Shown piece by piece: positions 41,139 through 50,600 of a stretch of DNA of 64,000 nucleotides. A program made the translations under genes and the position numbers. Under the pieces are notes generated by a model, which was not told the DNA's origin, searched no databases, and saw only the letters and a list, made by a program, of their open reading frames with translations. The first letter of the stretch is position 1, and every line of letters begins with the position of its first letter. The stretch comes from an uncultured Spirochaetota bacterium (GTDB lineage: Bacteria; Spirochaetota; Spirochaetia; SZUA-6; Fen-1364): the NCBI GenBank assembly GCA_963745235.1, contig CAVUXE010000052.1, positions 224,001-288,000 of the forward strand, given 5' to 3'.

Positions 41139-41918
41139 TCACGGCAGAACCAACTGCGCCATTTTCTCGACCTGGCCCCTGCTGAGGGACTTCCACAGGG
41201 CGTGGAAATCAAGGAGCCACCCGGACTCGATGCCGGAGCGCAGGAACCTGTAGAGCTCCTGCGAGCTTTGGCGCGCATTCCTGCGGAAGTCCCGCAGTGA
41301 GTCCTCGTCCCCGAGGTCGGAAACTACTCGTATGCTGAGCGGTGGAATGCGCGCCCGGAGCGCGCCGACGAAGATGCCCGCGGTTTCCCAATTGCAGGCC
41401 GCGGCGCCGCTGACGGCATGGAGGGACTCCCTGACCTGCAGGGACTGGATGAAAAACTCGCCGCATGCCTGCACGCCGGATCTCACCTGGAGCCCGAGGC
41501 CATTCCCGAGCTGCGCCGCGGCCCGAACGAGCCGCTGCGATTCCCTGCGCGCAAGGAGCTGGAGCCCCGAGGGAAGGCGCATCTCGGGGATGATCCTTGC
41601 GGGAAGCCCGCTGCCGGAAATGTCATACTCGATGCAGGTGAGCCCGATCACGATGCTGTTCACGATCAGGTCTCCGTCGAGCGCCGCGCATGTCCCCGAG
41701 TCTATGACAAGGTCCGGCTGGACGTCCCTGATCCCTGCCACCGTGGCTGAGGCGGCCCTGGCCTTCGCCGGCCCGGACTGGAGAGCGATGATCTCGGTGT
41801 TGGCGATTGAACCGCGGCTCGAGCGGCACCCCAGGATGGGGGGGCCGTCACGCAGGGACAGGGCGGAGCGGCAACTGGTGAACTCGAGCGGGATTGGGCA
41901 TATCACAAGGATGCGCAC
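41139..41918 (-). CDS. Nucleoside phosphorylase / MTA-SAH nucleosidase-family protein
   Basis: IL...PLEF, SGPAKARA, PDLVIDSGTCAAL, WETAG, IRVVSD. Confidence 0.75.
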   Translation of the reverse strand: MRILVICPIPLEFTSCRSALSLRDGPPILGCRSSRGSIANTEIIALQSGPAKARAASATVAGIRDVQPDLVIDSGTCAALDGDLIVNSIVIGLTCIEYDISGSGLPARIIPEMRLPSGLQLLARRESQRLVRAAAQLGNGLGLQVRSGVQACGEFFIQSLQVRESLHAVSGAAACNWETAGIFVGALRARIPPLSIRVVSDLGDEDSLRDFRRNARQSSQELYRFLRSGIESGWLLDFHALWKSLSRGQVEKMAQLVLP

Positions 41919-42162
41919 ACGTTCTCCCGACCGGCATGATAGCTGAAGCGAAAAAAAATGTGGGGATAGGTAACACCTATCCCCATGGTGAGACAAGGGG
42001 GCAAGGAAAGGAGGTGAAACTTACCCCACGAATCTAGATTCCGTTCTGTCTCTACATTAATAAACACCGGCACACGGCAATTGTTACACCACCGTGCGCG
42101 CCACGTCCAACGAACCCGGGCTTTTTGATTATCTTTTCATGGCGCGAGGGAGGCGCACGCTG

Positions 42163-43113
42163 ATGGAAATGAACACCAGCAAGGTGGCAATCATCGGGGC
42201 AGGCTCGGTCGGCTCCACGCTCGCGTTCAATCTTTGCCTCAAGGGTGCCGTCACCGACATCGCCCTGATCGATTCGAACCGGGAGAAGGCTGAGGCTGAA
42301 ATCCTGGACATCAAGCAGGGGTCTCCTCTCGGCAGGTCGTTGAAGATAGAGGCCGCGGACTATGGATCCTGCAGGGACAGCCGCATCGCAATCATCACGG
42401 CGGGGGCCAGGCAGAAGCCGGGAGAGACACGCGTTGACCTCATGGAGCGCAACATCGGCATCATGAAGTCGATTGTGAAATCCATCCTCGACTCCGGGTT
42501 CCAGGGCATCTTCCTCGTCATCACGAATCCCGTGGATGTCCTGACATGGGTGGCTTTCGCCGAAAGCGGCTTTCCCGCGGCGCGCGTCTTCGGTTCGGGC
42601 ACCATCCTGGACTCCGCGCGGCTGCGTGAGTACGTGGCCCGCCACTGCAAGGTGAACCCGCAGAACATCCACGGCTACGTCCTGGGCGAGCACGGGGACA
42701 CATCGTTCCCGGCGTGGTCGCTCCTCACCATCGGCGGGATCCACTTCAACGAGTTCTGCCCCGTGTGCGGCGTCTGCGAAGAGCTGGAGGTGTTCAAGCA
42801 GAACACGATGAACGAGGTTCGCGCTACGGCGTACCGGATCATCCAGGCGAAGGGCTCAACGTGCTACGCCATCGCGCAAGCCGCCTCCCTCCTTGTCGAA
42901 TCCATCGTCCGTGACGAGAGGCGGATTCTGCCCGTGTCCACTGTCCGAAAGGAGTTCAAGGGCATTCGGAACACGGCCTTCAGCTTTCCCGCAATCGTTG
43001 GACAGACCGGCGTGAGCCGTGTCCTGGATTTTCCGCTTCCACCCGACGAGGAGAAGTGCCTTGTCGACTCTGCGCGGTACGTGGCTGAAAACATTTCCCG
43101 GGCGGGCTATTGA
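42163..43113 (+). CDS. ldh: L-lactate dehydrogenase
   Basis: IIGAGSVG, TAGARQKPGETRVDL (Gln gives pyruvate specificity), NPVD, DSARLR, LGEHGDT. Confidence 0.93.
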   Translation: MEMNTSKVAIIGAGSVGSTLAFNLCLKGAVTDIALIDSNREKAEAEILDIKQGSPLGRSLKIEAADYGSCRDSRIAIITAGARQKPGETRVDLMERNIGIMKSIVKSILDSGFQGIFLVITNPVDVLTWVAFAESGFPAARVFGSGTILDSARLREYVARHCKVNPQNIHGYVLGEHGDTSFPAWSLLTIGGIHFNEFCPVCGVCEELEVFKQNTMNEVRATAYRIIQAKGSTCYAIAQAASLLVESIVRDERRILPVSTVRKEFKGIRNTAFSFPAIVGQTGVSRVLDFPLPPDEEKCLVDSARYVAENISRAGY

Positions 43114-43123
43114 ACGGACGCCT

Positions 43124-44533
43124 TCAGAGCTTCGACCATTCCGTGTGGAACGTTCCCTGTCTGTCCACCCGCTGGTACGTATGGGCACCGAAGTAGTCCC
43201 GCTGTGCCTGGATCAGGTTTGCCGGAAGCCTTTCCGTGCGATATGAGTCGAAATAGGAGAGCGCGGATGAAAAGGCCGGGATGGGAACTCCACGTTCCGC
43301 GGCCACCGCCACGAGGCGGCGCCACCCGGGCTGGGCCTTTTCAACGATCTCCTTGAAGTACGGATCCAGGAGGAGGTTCGCAAGATCCGGCTCCTTTTCG
43401 TATGCTTCCCGGATCCTTCCCAGGAATCTCGCCCGTATGATGCATCCCCCGCGCCAGATGGAGGCAATCTCTCCGAACTTGAGACCCCACGAGTATTCCC
43501 GGGCGGCTGCCCTCATCAGGCTGAAACCCTGCGCGTACGAGCAGATCTTGGAAGCGTAGAGAGCGTCATGCACCGCCTCCACAAGCTGGCCCGCGTCCCC
43601 CGAATACCCGCCGGACGGGCCGCGCAGGACCTTCGAAGCCTGGGTCCTTTCCTCTTTCATGGCGGAGATGGTGCGGGCGAACACCGCCTCCGCCATGGTC
43701 GCGGAGGCGACCCCGAGATCAAGGGCGGACTGGATTGTCCACTTGCCCGTGCCCTTCTGGCCGGCCTTGTCCAGGATCTGCTCCACAAGCGGCAGCCCGG
43801 TTTCCGGGTCCTTCTTCGTGAGGATGTCAGCGGTAATCTGGATCAGGTACGAGTCCAGGTCTCCCTGGTTCCACCGCGCAAAAACCCTGGCCATCTCCTG
43901 GTTGTCCATGCCCAGGAGGTTTCTCATGATGAAGTACGCCTCGGAGATGAGCTGCATGTCGCCGTACTCGATGCCGTTGTGGACCATCTTGACGTAATGC
44001 CCCGCTCCGTCCGGACCGATGTACACGCAACAGGGCTCTCCGTCCACCTTCGCGGCAATGTCGCGCAGGATCTTTCCCGCGGAGTCCCATGCGGCACGAC
44101 TCCCCCCCGGCATGATGCTGGGACCGTGCAGGGCGCCCTCCTCTCCTCCGGAGACCCCGGTGCCGAGAAACAGGAGACCCTTCGCCTCGATGTCCCTGGC
44201 CCGGCGGATGGTGTCCTGGAAGAACGAGTTGCCGCCGTCAATGATGATGTCCCCGCGGGAAAGAAGAGGCGCCACATGGTTGATGACCTCGTCCACGGGG
44301 CTTCCCGCCTGCACCATGATCAGGAGGGTACGGGGCTTTGAAAGCCCGGAAATCAGCTCCTCGATTGACCACGCGGGGACCAGGCGCTTGCCTTTCCCGG
44401 GCCCTTCGACAAGCTCGCGGGTCTTCTCCGCCGTCCGGTTGTAGACGCCGACGGTGTAGCCCCTGCTCTCCATGTTGCGGGCGAGGTTCTGACCCATGAC
44501 GGCCATGCCAATGACTCCGATATGCGCACCCAT
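43124..44533 (-). CDS. gnd: 6-phosphogluconate dehydrogenase, decarboxylating
   Basis: [51 protein letters not shown]. Confidence 0.98.
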   Translation of the reverse strand: MGAHIGVIGMAVMGQNLARNMESRGYTVGVYNRTAEKTRELVEGPGKGKRLVPAWSIEELISGLSKPRTLLIMVQAGSPVDEVINHVAPLLSRGDIIIDGGNSFFQDTIRRARDIEAKGLLFLGTGVSGGEEGALHGPSIMPGGSRAAWDSAGKILRDIAAKVDGEPCCVYIGPDGAGHYVKMVHNGIEYGDMQLISEAYFIMRNLLGMDNQEMARVFARWNQGDLDSYLIQITADILTKKDPETGLPLVEQILDKAGQKGTGKWTIQSALDLGVASATMAEAVFARTISAMKEERTQASKVLRGPSGGYSGDAGQLVEAVHDALYASKICSYAQGFSLMRAAAREYSWGLKFGEIASIWRGGCIIRARFLGRIREAYEKEPDLANLLLDPYFKEIVEKAQPGWRRLVAVAAERGVPIPAFSSALSYFDSYRTERLPANLIQAQRDYFGAHTYQRVDRQGTFHTEWSKL

Positions 44534-44534
44534 T

Positions 44535-45818
44535 TCAGCTCCCTCCTTGCTGTCCACGCTGCCGCGCGCGCTCGATTCTGGGCTCCGTGCCGCTGACGAT
44601 CCGCACCGGGTCTCCGTCCGCCATGATGGAAAGGCGGCCGGCTTCGACGACCAGCTCGTTCACGGCGCTGTTCGAAGGTGTTGCGATAATTCCCTGTTCG
44701 TCGATCAGGGCCGCCTGGCGCCGGCGCTCCTCCAGCGCTGCCGCCGGCGGCAGAGCGCGCGTGGACTCTTCCAGGCAGACAACGCTCCTCGTGATGGCTT
44801 CGATGGAATCAAAACCGTATCCGAGGGGACGAAGCCCTTCTCCCTCCCAGGGCACCAGCTGGAAAAAATCAGGGCTGGTGAACTGGAAGGACGATCCCTG
44901 CACGGGCTGATCCGCAAACGCGTAGCTCACGCCTCGGAAATGATCGTCGTGACGGATCATCCCGGCAACCCCGGCGCCTTCGCAGTACAGGAGGAGGCCC
45001 TGGTCGTTGCTCCCGGCGGCCTGGTCCGGGTAGCCCAGGCCGTTGGTCACCGAGAGGAGAGCGCCGTTCTCCCACGTCACCCTGGCATGAGACCAGAGGA
45101 ACCCCTCGTTGCCGTTCGGGAAACGCCGGCGAATGCCGACAACGGAGACCGCCACGGGGAGAAGGCCAGTGATGAATCGCACCAGGTCGACATAGTGACA
45201 CCCGATGTAGGTAAAGGGGTCGGTGTTCTCCACGGTGAACCAGCTCTGGAAGTTGGAGCTTCGGTACCTGGAGGGCTCGATGAGCCTTGCCTCTCCCATG
45301 ACCAGCTCACCGAAGCGACCCGCGCGGTAGCCGGCGCGTGCCACGCGGGCTCGCCTGTCCCATCGTTTGTGATACTCCACTCCGACAAACAGGCCGCGGG
45401 CGCCCGCCGTCCCGGCGATCTCAACTGCCTGGGAGTGCTTCAGCGCGAGCGGCTTGACGCACAGGACATGCTGGTCCGATTGAAGCGCCGTCATCACCAC
45501 CTCATGATGGAGGTGATCAGGGACCGCAACCACCACCATCTGGCGGGGCCGGAGGCTCTCAATCGCCCTGCGATACAGGAGAGGTTGCGTCTCGTCTCCC
45601 GGCGCGCCCAGGTCTGGCCACGGTTTGAACGAGCTTCCCGGAAATGCAGCCCTGATGCCCGCGTGCGAGGCAAGGATGCGGAGCGTCGAAGAGCGGGACG
45701 CGCAGACCGCGATGTCCCCGATCATCCCGGTGCGCTGGAGGTGATACAGCGAGGGCAGGATGAGGTCCGCGGTGACCATCCCGCCGCCGATGACGAGCGC
45801 ATCGGGGCGGCTGCTCAC
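44535..45818 (-). CDS. Gfo/Idh/MocA-family oxidoreductase
   Basis: [33 protein letters not shown]. Confidence 0.85.
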   Translation of the reverse strand: MSSRPDALVIGGGMVTADLILPSLYHLQRTGMIGDIAVCASRSSTLRILASHAGIRAAFPGSSFKPWPDLGAPGDETQPLLYRRAIESLRPRQMVVVAVPDHLHHEVVMTALQSDQHVLCVKPLALKHSQAVEIAGTAGARGLFVGVEYHKRWDRRARVARAGYRAGRFGELVMGEARLIEPSRYRSSNFQSWFTVENTDPFTYIGCHYVDLVRFITGLLPVAVSVVGIRRRFPNGNEGFLWSHARVTWENGALLSVTNGLGYPDQAAGSNDQGLLLYCEGAGVAGMIRHDDHFRGVSYAFADQPVQGSSFQFTSPDFFQLVPWEGEGLRPLGYGFDSIEAITRSVVCLEESTRALPPAAALEERRRQAALIDEQGIIATPSNSAVNELVVEAGRLSIMADGDPVRIVSGTEPRIERARQRGQQGGS

Positions 45819-47191
45819 GAGAGGACCTCGTCCATGGCCTCACCAAGGGTCGCGAGCCCCTCCAGGAGCGCGTCGCGGGAAATGTCCAGGGCGGGGGCAA
45901 TCTTGATGCACTCACCGGAGGCCCCGACGGGGGCGAACATGAGAAGCCCCTTGTGAAAGCAGGCGGTGTTCACGGCAAGGGCGGCAGCTGAATCAGGCTC
46001 CCGCGTGCCGTGTCGGACAAGGCGGACTCCGCCCACCAGGCCCATGCTGCGGATGCTGCCCACTGAGCCGGCGTGGCGCGCCCCCAGGTCCTCGAGGCCG
46101 CTTCGAAGCACGGGGCCCAGCTCCTGCGCGTTCTGGAGGTACCCGCCTTCCTTCAGGGTCTTCACGCTCGCCAGGGCCGCGGCAACAGGCAGCGGCGAGC
46201 CGGAATGGGTGGAGGTCATGGAACCGGGGGGATACATCTCCATGACGTCAGCTCTCCCGATCACCGCAGAGAGCGGAAGCGATCCCGAAACGCCTTTCCC
46301 GCACGCAATCAGGTCAGGGACAATGCCGTAGTGCTCGAAGGCAAACCACCTGCCCGTCCGGCCGAAGCCGGCCTGCACTTCGTCCACGATCAGGAGCGAG
46401 TCATTCTTTCTGCACCACGATTCGAGCTGGCGTGCGTACTCGACGGGGAGGAAGTCTGGCCCGACCCCCTGGAAGCTCTCTGTCATCACGGCGCAAACCT
46501 GGGAGGGCCGTACGCCCCTGCGCTCCAGCGTCTCCGGCAAGAGGTCGAAGCGAAGGTCCTGGTTCGCGTATCCGTCAGGAAATGGCACCTGGACGAACGA
46601 GTCATCAGGCCGTCCGAGCCATGCTTTCTGCGCGGCATTTCCGCCCGCCAGCTGCGCGCCCATCGTCCGTCCGTGGAAGGCGTTCTCGAAGGAAACGAGC
46701 ACGCGTCGCTCAGGACCGTGGGTCGCAAGACCCCAGGTCCGGGCCAGCTTGATGCAGTTCTCAGTGGCCTCGGAACCCGTGGTGAGAAGGAAAACTTTGT
46801 ACCCCGGCGAAGGGGCAAGCCCGGCGAGAAGCTCCACCAGCTCCGCCCTCTTCTGGTGGGCAAAGACGTAGGTGCTGAGAAGAGGACGCTCGATCATCTC
46901 CCGGAGCGCTGAAACGATTGCCGGATGTCCGTTTCCCACATTCGATATGAGCACTCCGGAAGACCAGTCCAGCCACTTGTTGCCCCACCTGTCGTACACG
47001 CTCCATCCCACGGCCCGATCGATGACGAGCGGAGGCTGCCCTTGCATGGAAGAAGGTTCGAAGCGTTCCAGGGAAAGAAGGATGGGCAGGGACTCCGGCA
47101 CGGGGAGCCGGGTCACAATGCGTCTGTTCGGCGTCTCAACCCGCGGGACCTCCCGCGGCTCGAGCGAATATTTCCTCTGATGGCTGCTCAC
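45815..47191 (-). CDS. Class III PLP-dependent aminotransferase
   Basis: TTGSEATE, FHGRT, IVDEVQAGFGRTG, PDLIACGKG, TSTHSGSP. Confidence 0.92.
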   Translation of the reverse strand: MSSHQRKYSLEPREVPRVETPNRRIVTRLPVPESLPILLSLERFEPSSMQGQPPLVIDRAVGWSVYDRWGNKWLDWSSGVLISNVGNGHPAIVSALREMIERPLLSTYVFAHQKRAELVELLAGLAPSPGYKVFLLTTGSEATENCIKLARTWGLATHGPERRVLVSFENAFHGRTMGAQLAGGNAAQKAWLGRPDDSFVQVPFPDGYANQDLRFDLLPETLERRGVRPSQVCAVMTESFQGVGPDFLPVEYARQLESWCRKNDSLLIVDEVQAGFGRTGRWFAFEHYGIVPDLIACGKGVSGSLPLSAVIGRADVMEMYPPGSMTSTHSGSPLPVAAALASVKTLKEGGYLQNAQELGPVLRSGLEDLGARHAGSVGSIRSMGLVGGVRLVRHGTREPDSAAALAVNTACFHKGLLMFAPVGASGECIKIAPALDISRDALLEGLATLGEAMDEVLS

Positions 47192-47233
47192 GCTTCCGCC
47201 TCGGGGTAATAATGGAAGCGGGCCGCGTCAAAG

Positions 47234-48313
47234 TCAATGCGCGACGCTCGGGGAAGCTTCCGTGCTCTGGGCAATCCGCTGCATCAGTTTCTTCACATCC
47301 CCCTTTTTCGCCAGGGCCTCCATGGAAAGCATGAACGCCTTGAGATCACTGCCGCAGCGCTCCTGGAACCAGGAATGGAGGAGTGGCACGTCGTCCGTAT
47401 ACAGGCTGTACAGGGAAAGGTAGGCATTGTTGATGGGAAGATCGGCAATCCTGCTGTACCCGGGAGATCGGAACATGGTGCCGGCCTCCCCAGCAAGCCT
47501 CTTTCGAAACGCGTTGATGAGCTGGCTTTTCCGCTCCAGCTTGTATGCTCGCGGGATGGGAGAGTCGTAGACCTCCTCGAGAGACGCGTCGAGCTGTCTC
47601 AGCTTGGCGACGAACAGCTCAGAGTCAGCCTTCTCGTCCAGCGCGGATCGATATTCCGCGGATTGTTGTCCGTAGCGCCCAGCAATCCATTCCAGCGCAC
47701 CCGTTTCACCAACGAAGTCCGCGAGCTCCTCGTTGAAATCCGTCTGGCCCTTCACCCACAGGGTCGCGTGGGTCTGCTCGTGCATGATTGTGCTGGCCAG
47801 CTCGTAGGGGGAGTACTTCTTCATGAAAGAGTACACCGGGTCCCGGGTGAAGCCGAGAGTGCTGAAGGCATCCACCTTGCGGACGATCACGTCGTATCCC
47901 CGCTTCTTGAGGCCTTCGGCTTCAACCAGGGCATCCGCCCGCTCGTAAAAGCCCCTGTAGGGCAGCCGGCCGAGTACGGGGTAGCTCCACTGGTACGGGG
48001 TGAAGGAGACAGCATCACAGGCCTGGACCACGTCAACGAGGTAGTCCTTTTCGATGCTCTTGTAGCGGGTGTAGTTGCCGTTGTCCCGCAGCCCGATGCT
48101 CTCGACGGCAAAACGCCTGATCTCCTTCACCTCCTGGAGGAACCCGCGGACGTCGGGCGGCGTGGATGCGGTCTTGAGGAGGTCATCCACGCTTTCCGTG
48201 CCGTTGGAGTAGCGAAGGAGGTAGTTGCCCTGCTTCGCCAGGTAGCCCAGGTCGGAAACGCAGCCGGACAGGATGGAGATCAGGGTTGCAAGCACAGGCG
48301 CGGCGGCTTTCAT
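47234..48313 (-). CDS. Predicted zinc aminopeptidase lipoprotein (DUF2265-like)
   Basis: Lipobox ILSGC; PYRGFY, AFSTLG; HEQTH plus FNE gluzincin motif. Confidence 0.8.
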   Translation of the reverse strand: MKAAAPVLATLISILSGCVSDLGYLAKQGNYLLRYSNGTESVDDLLKTASTPPDVRGFLQEVKEIRRFAVESIGLRDNGNYTRYKSIEKDYLVDVVQACDAVSFTPYQWSYPVLGRLPYRGFYERADALVEAEGLKKRGYDVIVRKVDAFSTLGFTRDPVYSFMKKYSPYELASTIMHEQTHATLWVKGQTDFNEELADFVGETGALEWIAGRYGQQSAEYRSALDEKADSELFVAKLRQLDASLEEVYDSPIPRAYKLERKSQLINAFRKRLAGEAGTMFRSPGYSRIADLPINNAYLSLYSLYTDDVPLLHSWFQERCGSDLKAFMLSMEALAKKGDVKKLMQRIAQSTEASPSVAH

Positions 48314-48423
48314 GGCTTCCCCCCAAGGGTACAAGCGCCGCACTCACGTGTCCATTTGGCGTCTCTTCTCTGGACATTCTTTCCGGGATATTCTGTGAGA
48401 ACCCGGGGAAAGGAGGGACGCGC

Positions 48424-49539
48424 ATGGCGTCAGGAAAAAAGGTGCGGGTCGGAGTTGTCGGACTGGGCTTCGGCGCGGAGTTCGTGCCCCTTTACCAGAA
48501 GCACCCTGACGCGGAGTGCTTCGCGATCTGCCAGAGAGACAAGGCGAAAATGGACGCGGTGGGCGACATGTTCAAGGTGCAAAGGAGATACACCCGCTAC
48601 GAGGATCTCCTTGCGGACAGGGACGTGGACGCCATCCACGTGGTCACCCCCATTGCGTTGCACGCACCCATGACGATAGCAGCCCTGCACGCGGGGAAGC
48701 ACGCCTGCAGCACGGTGCCCATGGCGACAACGATCTCGGATTGCCTGAAGATCGCGGAGGCGCGAAAGAAAGCGGGCAAGGTATACATGATGATGGAGAC
48801 GGCCGTGTATACGCGCGAGTTCCTCTACGTCAGGGAGATGGCGGAGAAAGGGGAGCTCGGCAAGATCCAGTTCCTGCGAGGCTCGCACCAGCAGAACATG
48901 AGCCTTCCCGGTTGGCCGGACTACTGGTATGGCTTTCCGCCCATGCACTATGCCACCCACGCGGTCAGCCCGCTCCTCGCGCTGAGCGGCGGCCAGGCGG
49001 AATCCGTGGTGTGCTTCGGATCAGGGACCATCCGTGAAGAGTATGCAAGGCGCTACGGCTCACCCTTCGCAATCGAAACGGCCCTCGTGAAGCTCGCGGA
49101 CTCCGACCTGGCGTGCGAGGTTACCAGGTCCCTGTTCGACACCATCCGCCAATACCGCGAAAGCTTCGATGTCTACGGGACGAAGCTTTCTTTCGAGTGG
49201 GAGCAGCTCGCGGGGGAAAAGCCCGTGCTGTATTCAGGATACGAGGAGGCGAGGAGAGTGGACGTTCCTGATTTCGGCCACAGGCTCCCCGGGGAGATCG
49301 CACCGTACACGATCCATGGCGTCTATGATGATGAGCACGCGCATACTTCCTTCATCCAGGGCGCGGGTCATGGCGGGTCTCATCCGCACCTCGCCCACGA
49401 GTTCATCCGGGCCGTTGTCGAGGGACGGGAGTCCGCGGTGGACGCGCCGACGGCCGCCAACTGGACCATGACGGGCATTTGCGCTCACGAATCCGCCATG
49501 AAAGGCGGGAGGCGCATTGAGATCCCGCGCGTGAAGTAG
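48424..49539 (+). CDS. Gfo/Idh/MocA-family oxidoreductase
   Basis: VGLGFGAEF, TPIALH, GKHACSTVPMA, PPMHYATH, GHGGSHPHL. Confidence 0.9.
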   Translation: MASGKKVRVGVVGLGFGAEFVPLYQKHPDAECFAICQRDKAKMDAVGDMFKVQRRYTRYEDLLADRDVDAIHVVTPIALHAPMTIAALHAGKHACSTVPMATTISDCLKIAEARKKAGKVYMMMETAVYTREFLYVREMAEKGELGKIQFLRGSHQQNMSLPGWPDYWYGFPPMHYATHAVSPLLALSGGQAESVVCFGSGTIREEYARRYGSPFAIETALVKLADSDLACEVTRSLFDTIRQYRESFDVYGTKLSFEWEQLAGEKPVLYSGYEEARRVDVPDFGHRLPGEIAPYTIHGVYDDEHAHTSFIQGAGHGGSHPHLAHEFIRAVVEGRESAVDAPTAANWTMTGICAHESAMKGGRRIEIPRVK

Positions 49540-49661
49540 AGAGTCTGTTGCTTCCCTTGACATCTGAGAGAGAAAGTGCTTCTTGGAGATGCTGACCAGT
49601 TGGCCGTTTCCGGACCCGCCCCCTGGTGACACCGGCAGCATCGGAAACGTCAAGGGCATAG

Positions 49662-50600
49662 ATGGAATACAAGGACCTACCGCCGGGCGCGCCTGCAGAG
49701 CTCAGCAGCGCGTCCGCGGACAGCCTCGATCTGACGCTCGACCTGGGCGACCTTCCCCTCCTGGACCAGGTCAATGAAAGCTTTGATGATCTCATTGCGC
49801 GGGAGCAGTACCGAAACGGTCTTCTCGTGCAGCTGAAAAAGTGCAGGCTTGGGCTCCGCGAGGGCGGCACTCTTCGCCTCACCAACACGCGCCAGGGCGA
49901 CAATGATGTTTCCTATCTCGAGCGTCAGGAAATGCTCCTGCGGACGGCTGGCTTCACGGACGTCACGGTAGCCGCGGGGCCCCCGCTCCAGGTGGAGGCG
50001 GTCAGGAGGCCCGCCGTGGTGGAGGAGCAGGAATACGGGATGGTTGTACGCGAGATGGTCACGCCGGAAGAGATCGTGCGCGCCCACGAGTTCGCGAGGG
50101 AATACTACTTCTACAAGGACTACAACTACGATTACGAAGTGGCCAGGCAGTTCGACCTGAACTCCGACGTCTACGCCGTGACGGACAAGTCGGGAGAAAT
50201 GGTCGCTCTTGCCAAATGCGCGGTCCGCGCACCAGGCTACTATTGCCCGTTCATGTACGCTAATGTGGAGGACGGCAGCCATTTCCGGCTCCCCGACCAT
50301 TGGCGCCGCATCGGGGAAGTCATGGCTATCTATAAGGAAGGCAAGAGCGGGGTGGTTGCCTACAAGAGGCTGATGGAGTTTCTGACCCAGTACTCCTGCC
50401 ATATCGCGCGGGCCGACACCATCCTCACGACGTACGCCGTGAACGATCCCTACACCGGCAACTACTACAAGAGCAAGTTCAGGATGGAAGAGGCCGGGGC
50501 CACCCTGACGTACCGGGATTTCGGAGGCAAATGGATCCTTTTATGGACGAACAAAATCCTCGAGCTCGCAAAGCTGCACCGGGACTTGTTCAAAAAGTAA
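49662..50600 (+). CDS. Two-domain protein: degenerate methyltransferase-like N-terminus plus GNAT-like (acyl-amino-acid/autoinducer synthase-like) C-terminus
   Basis: LREGGTLRL and LLRTAGF resemble late MTase motifs; QFDLNSDVYAV, RIGEV and YYKSKF resemble FeeM/LuxI-type GNAT folds; function inferred. Confidence 0.55.
   Translation: MEYKDLPPGAPAELSSASADSLDLTLDLGDLPLLDQVNESFDDLIAREQYRNGLLVQLKKCRLGLREGGTLRLTNTRQGDNDVSYLERQEMLLRTAGFTDVTVAAGPPLQVEAVRRPAVVEEQEYGMVVREMVTPEEIVRAHEFAREYYFYKDYNYDYEVARQFDLNSDVYAVTDKSGEMVALAKCAVRAPGYYCPFMYANVEDGSHFRLPDHWRRIGEVMAIYKEGKSGVVAYKRLMEFLTQYSCHIARADTILTTYAVNDPYTGNYYKSKFRMEEAGATLTYRDFGGKWILLWTNKILELAKLHRDLFKK

Noticed and set aside
49580-49660. Known riboswitch or ribozyme (fluoride, ZTP, SAH, c-di-GMP-II, HDV-like) in the 49.6-kb leader
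   Set aside because: By eye, the conserved nucleotides of these classes are absent; kept only as an unnamed structured-leader candidate.
50531-50600. Frameshift artefact splitting a single synthase-sensor fusion
   Set aside because: The downstream ORF has its own GGAGG before the ATG at 50531 and both ORFs read naturally through the 70-nt overlap; a fusion is unlikely but not excluded without reads.
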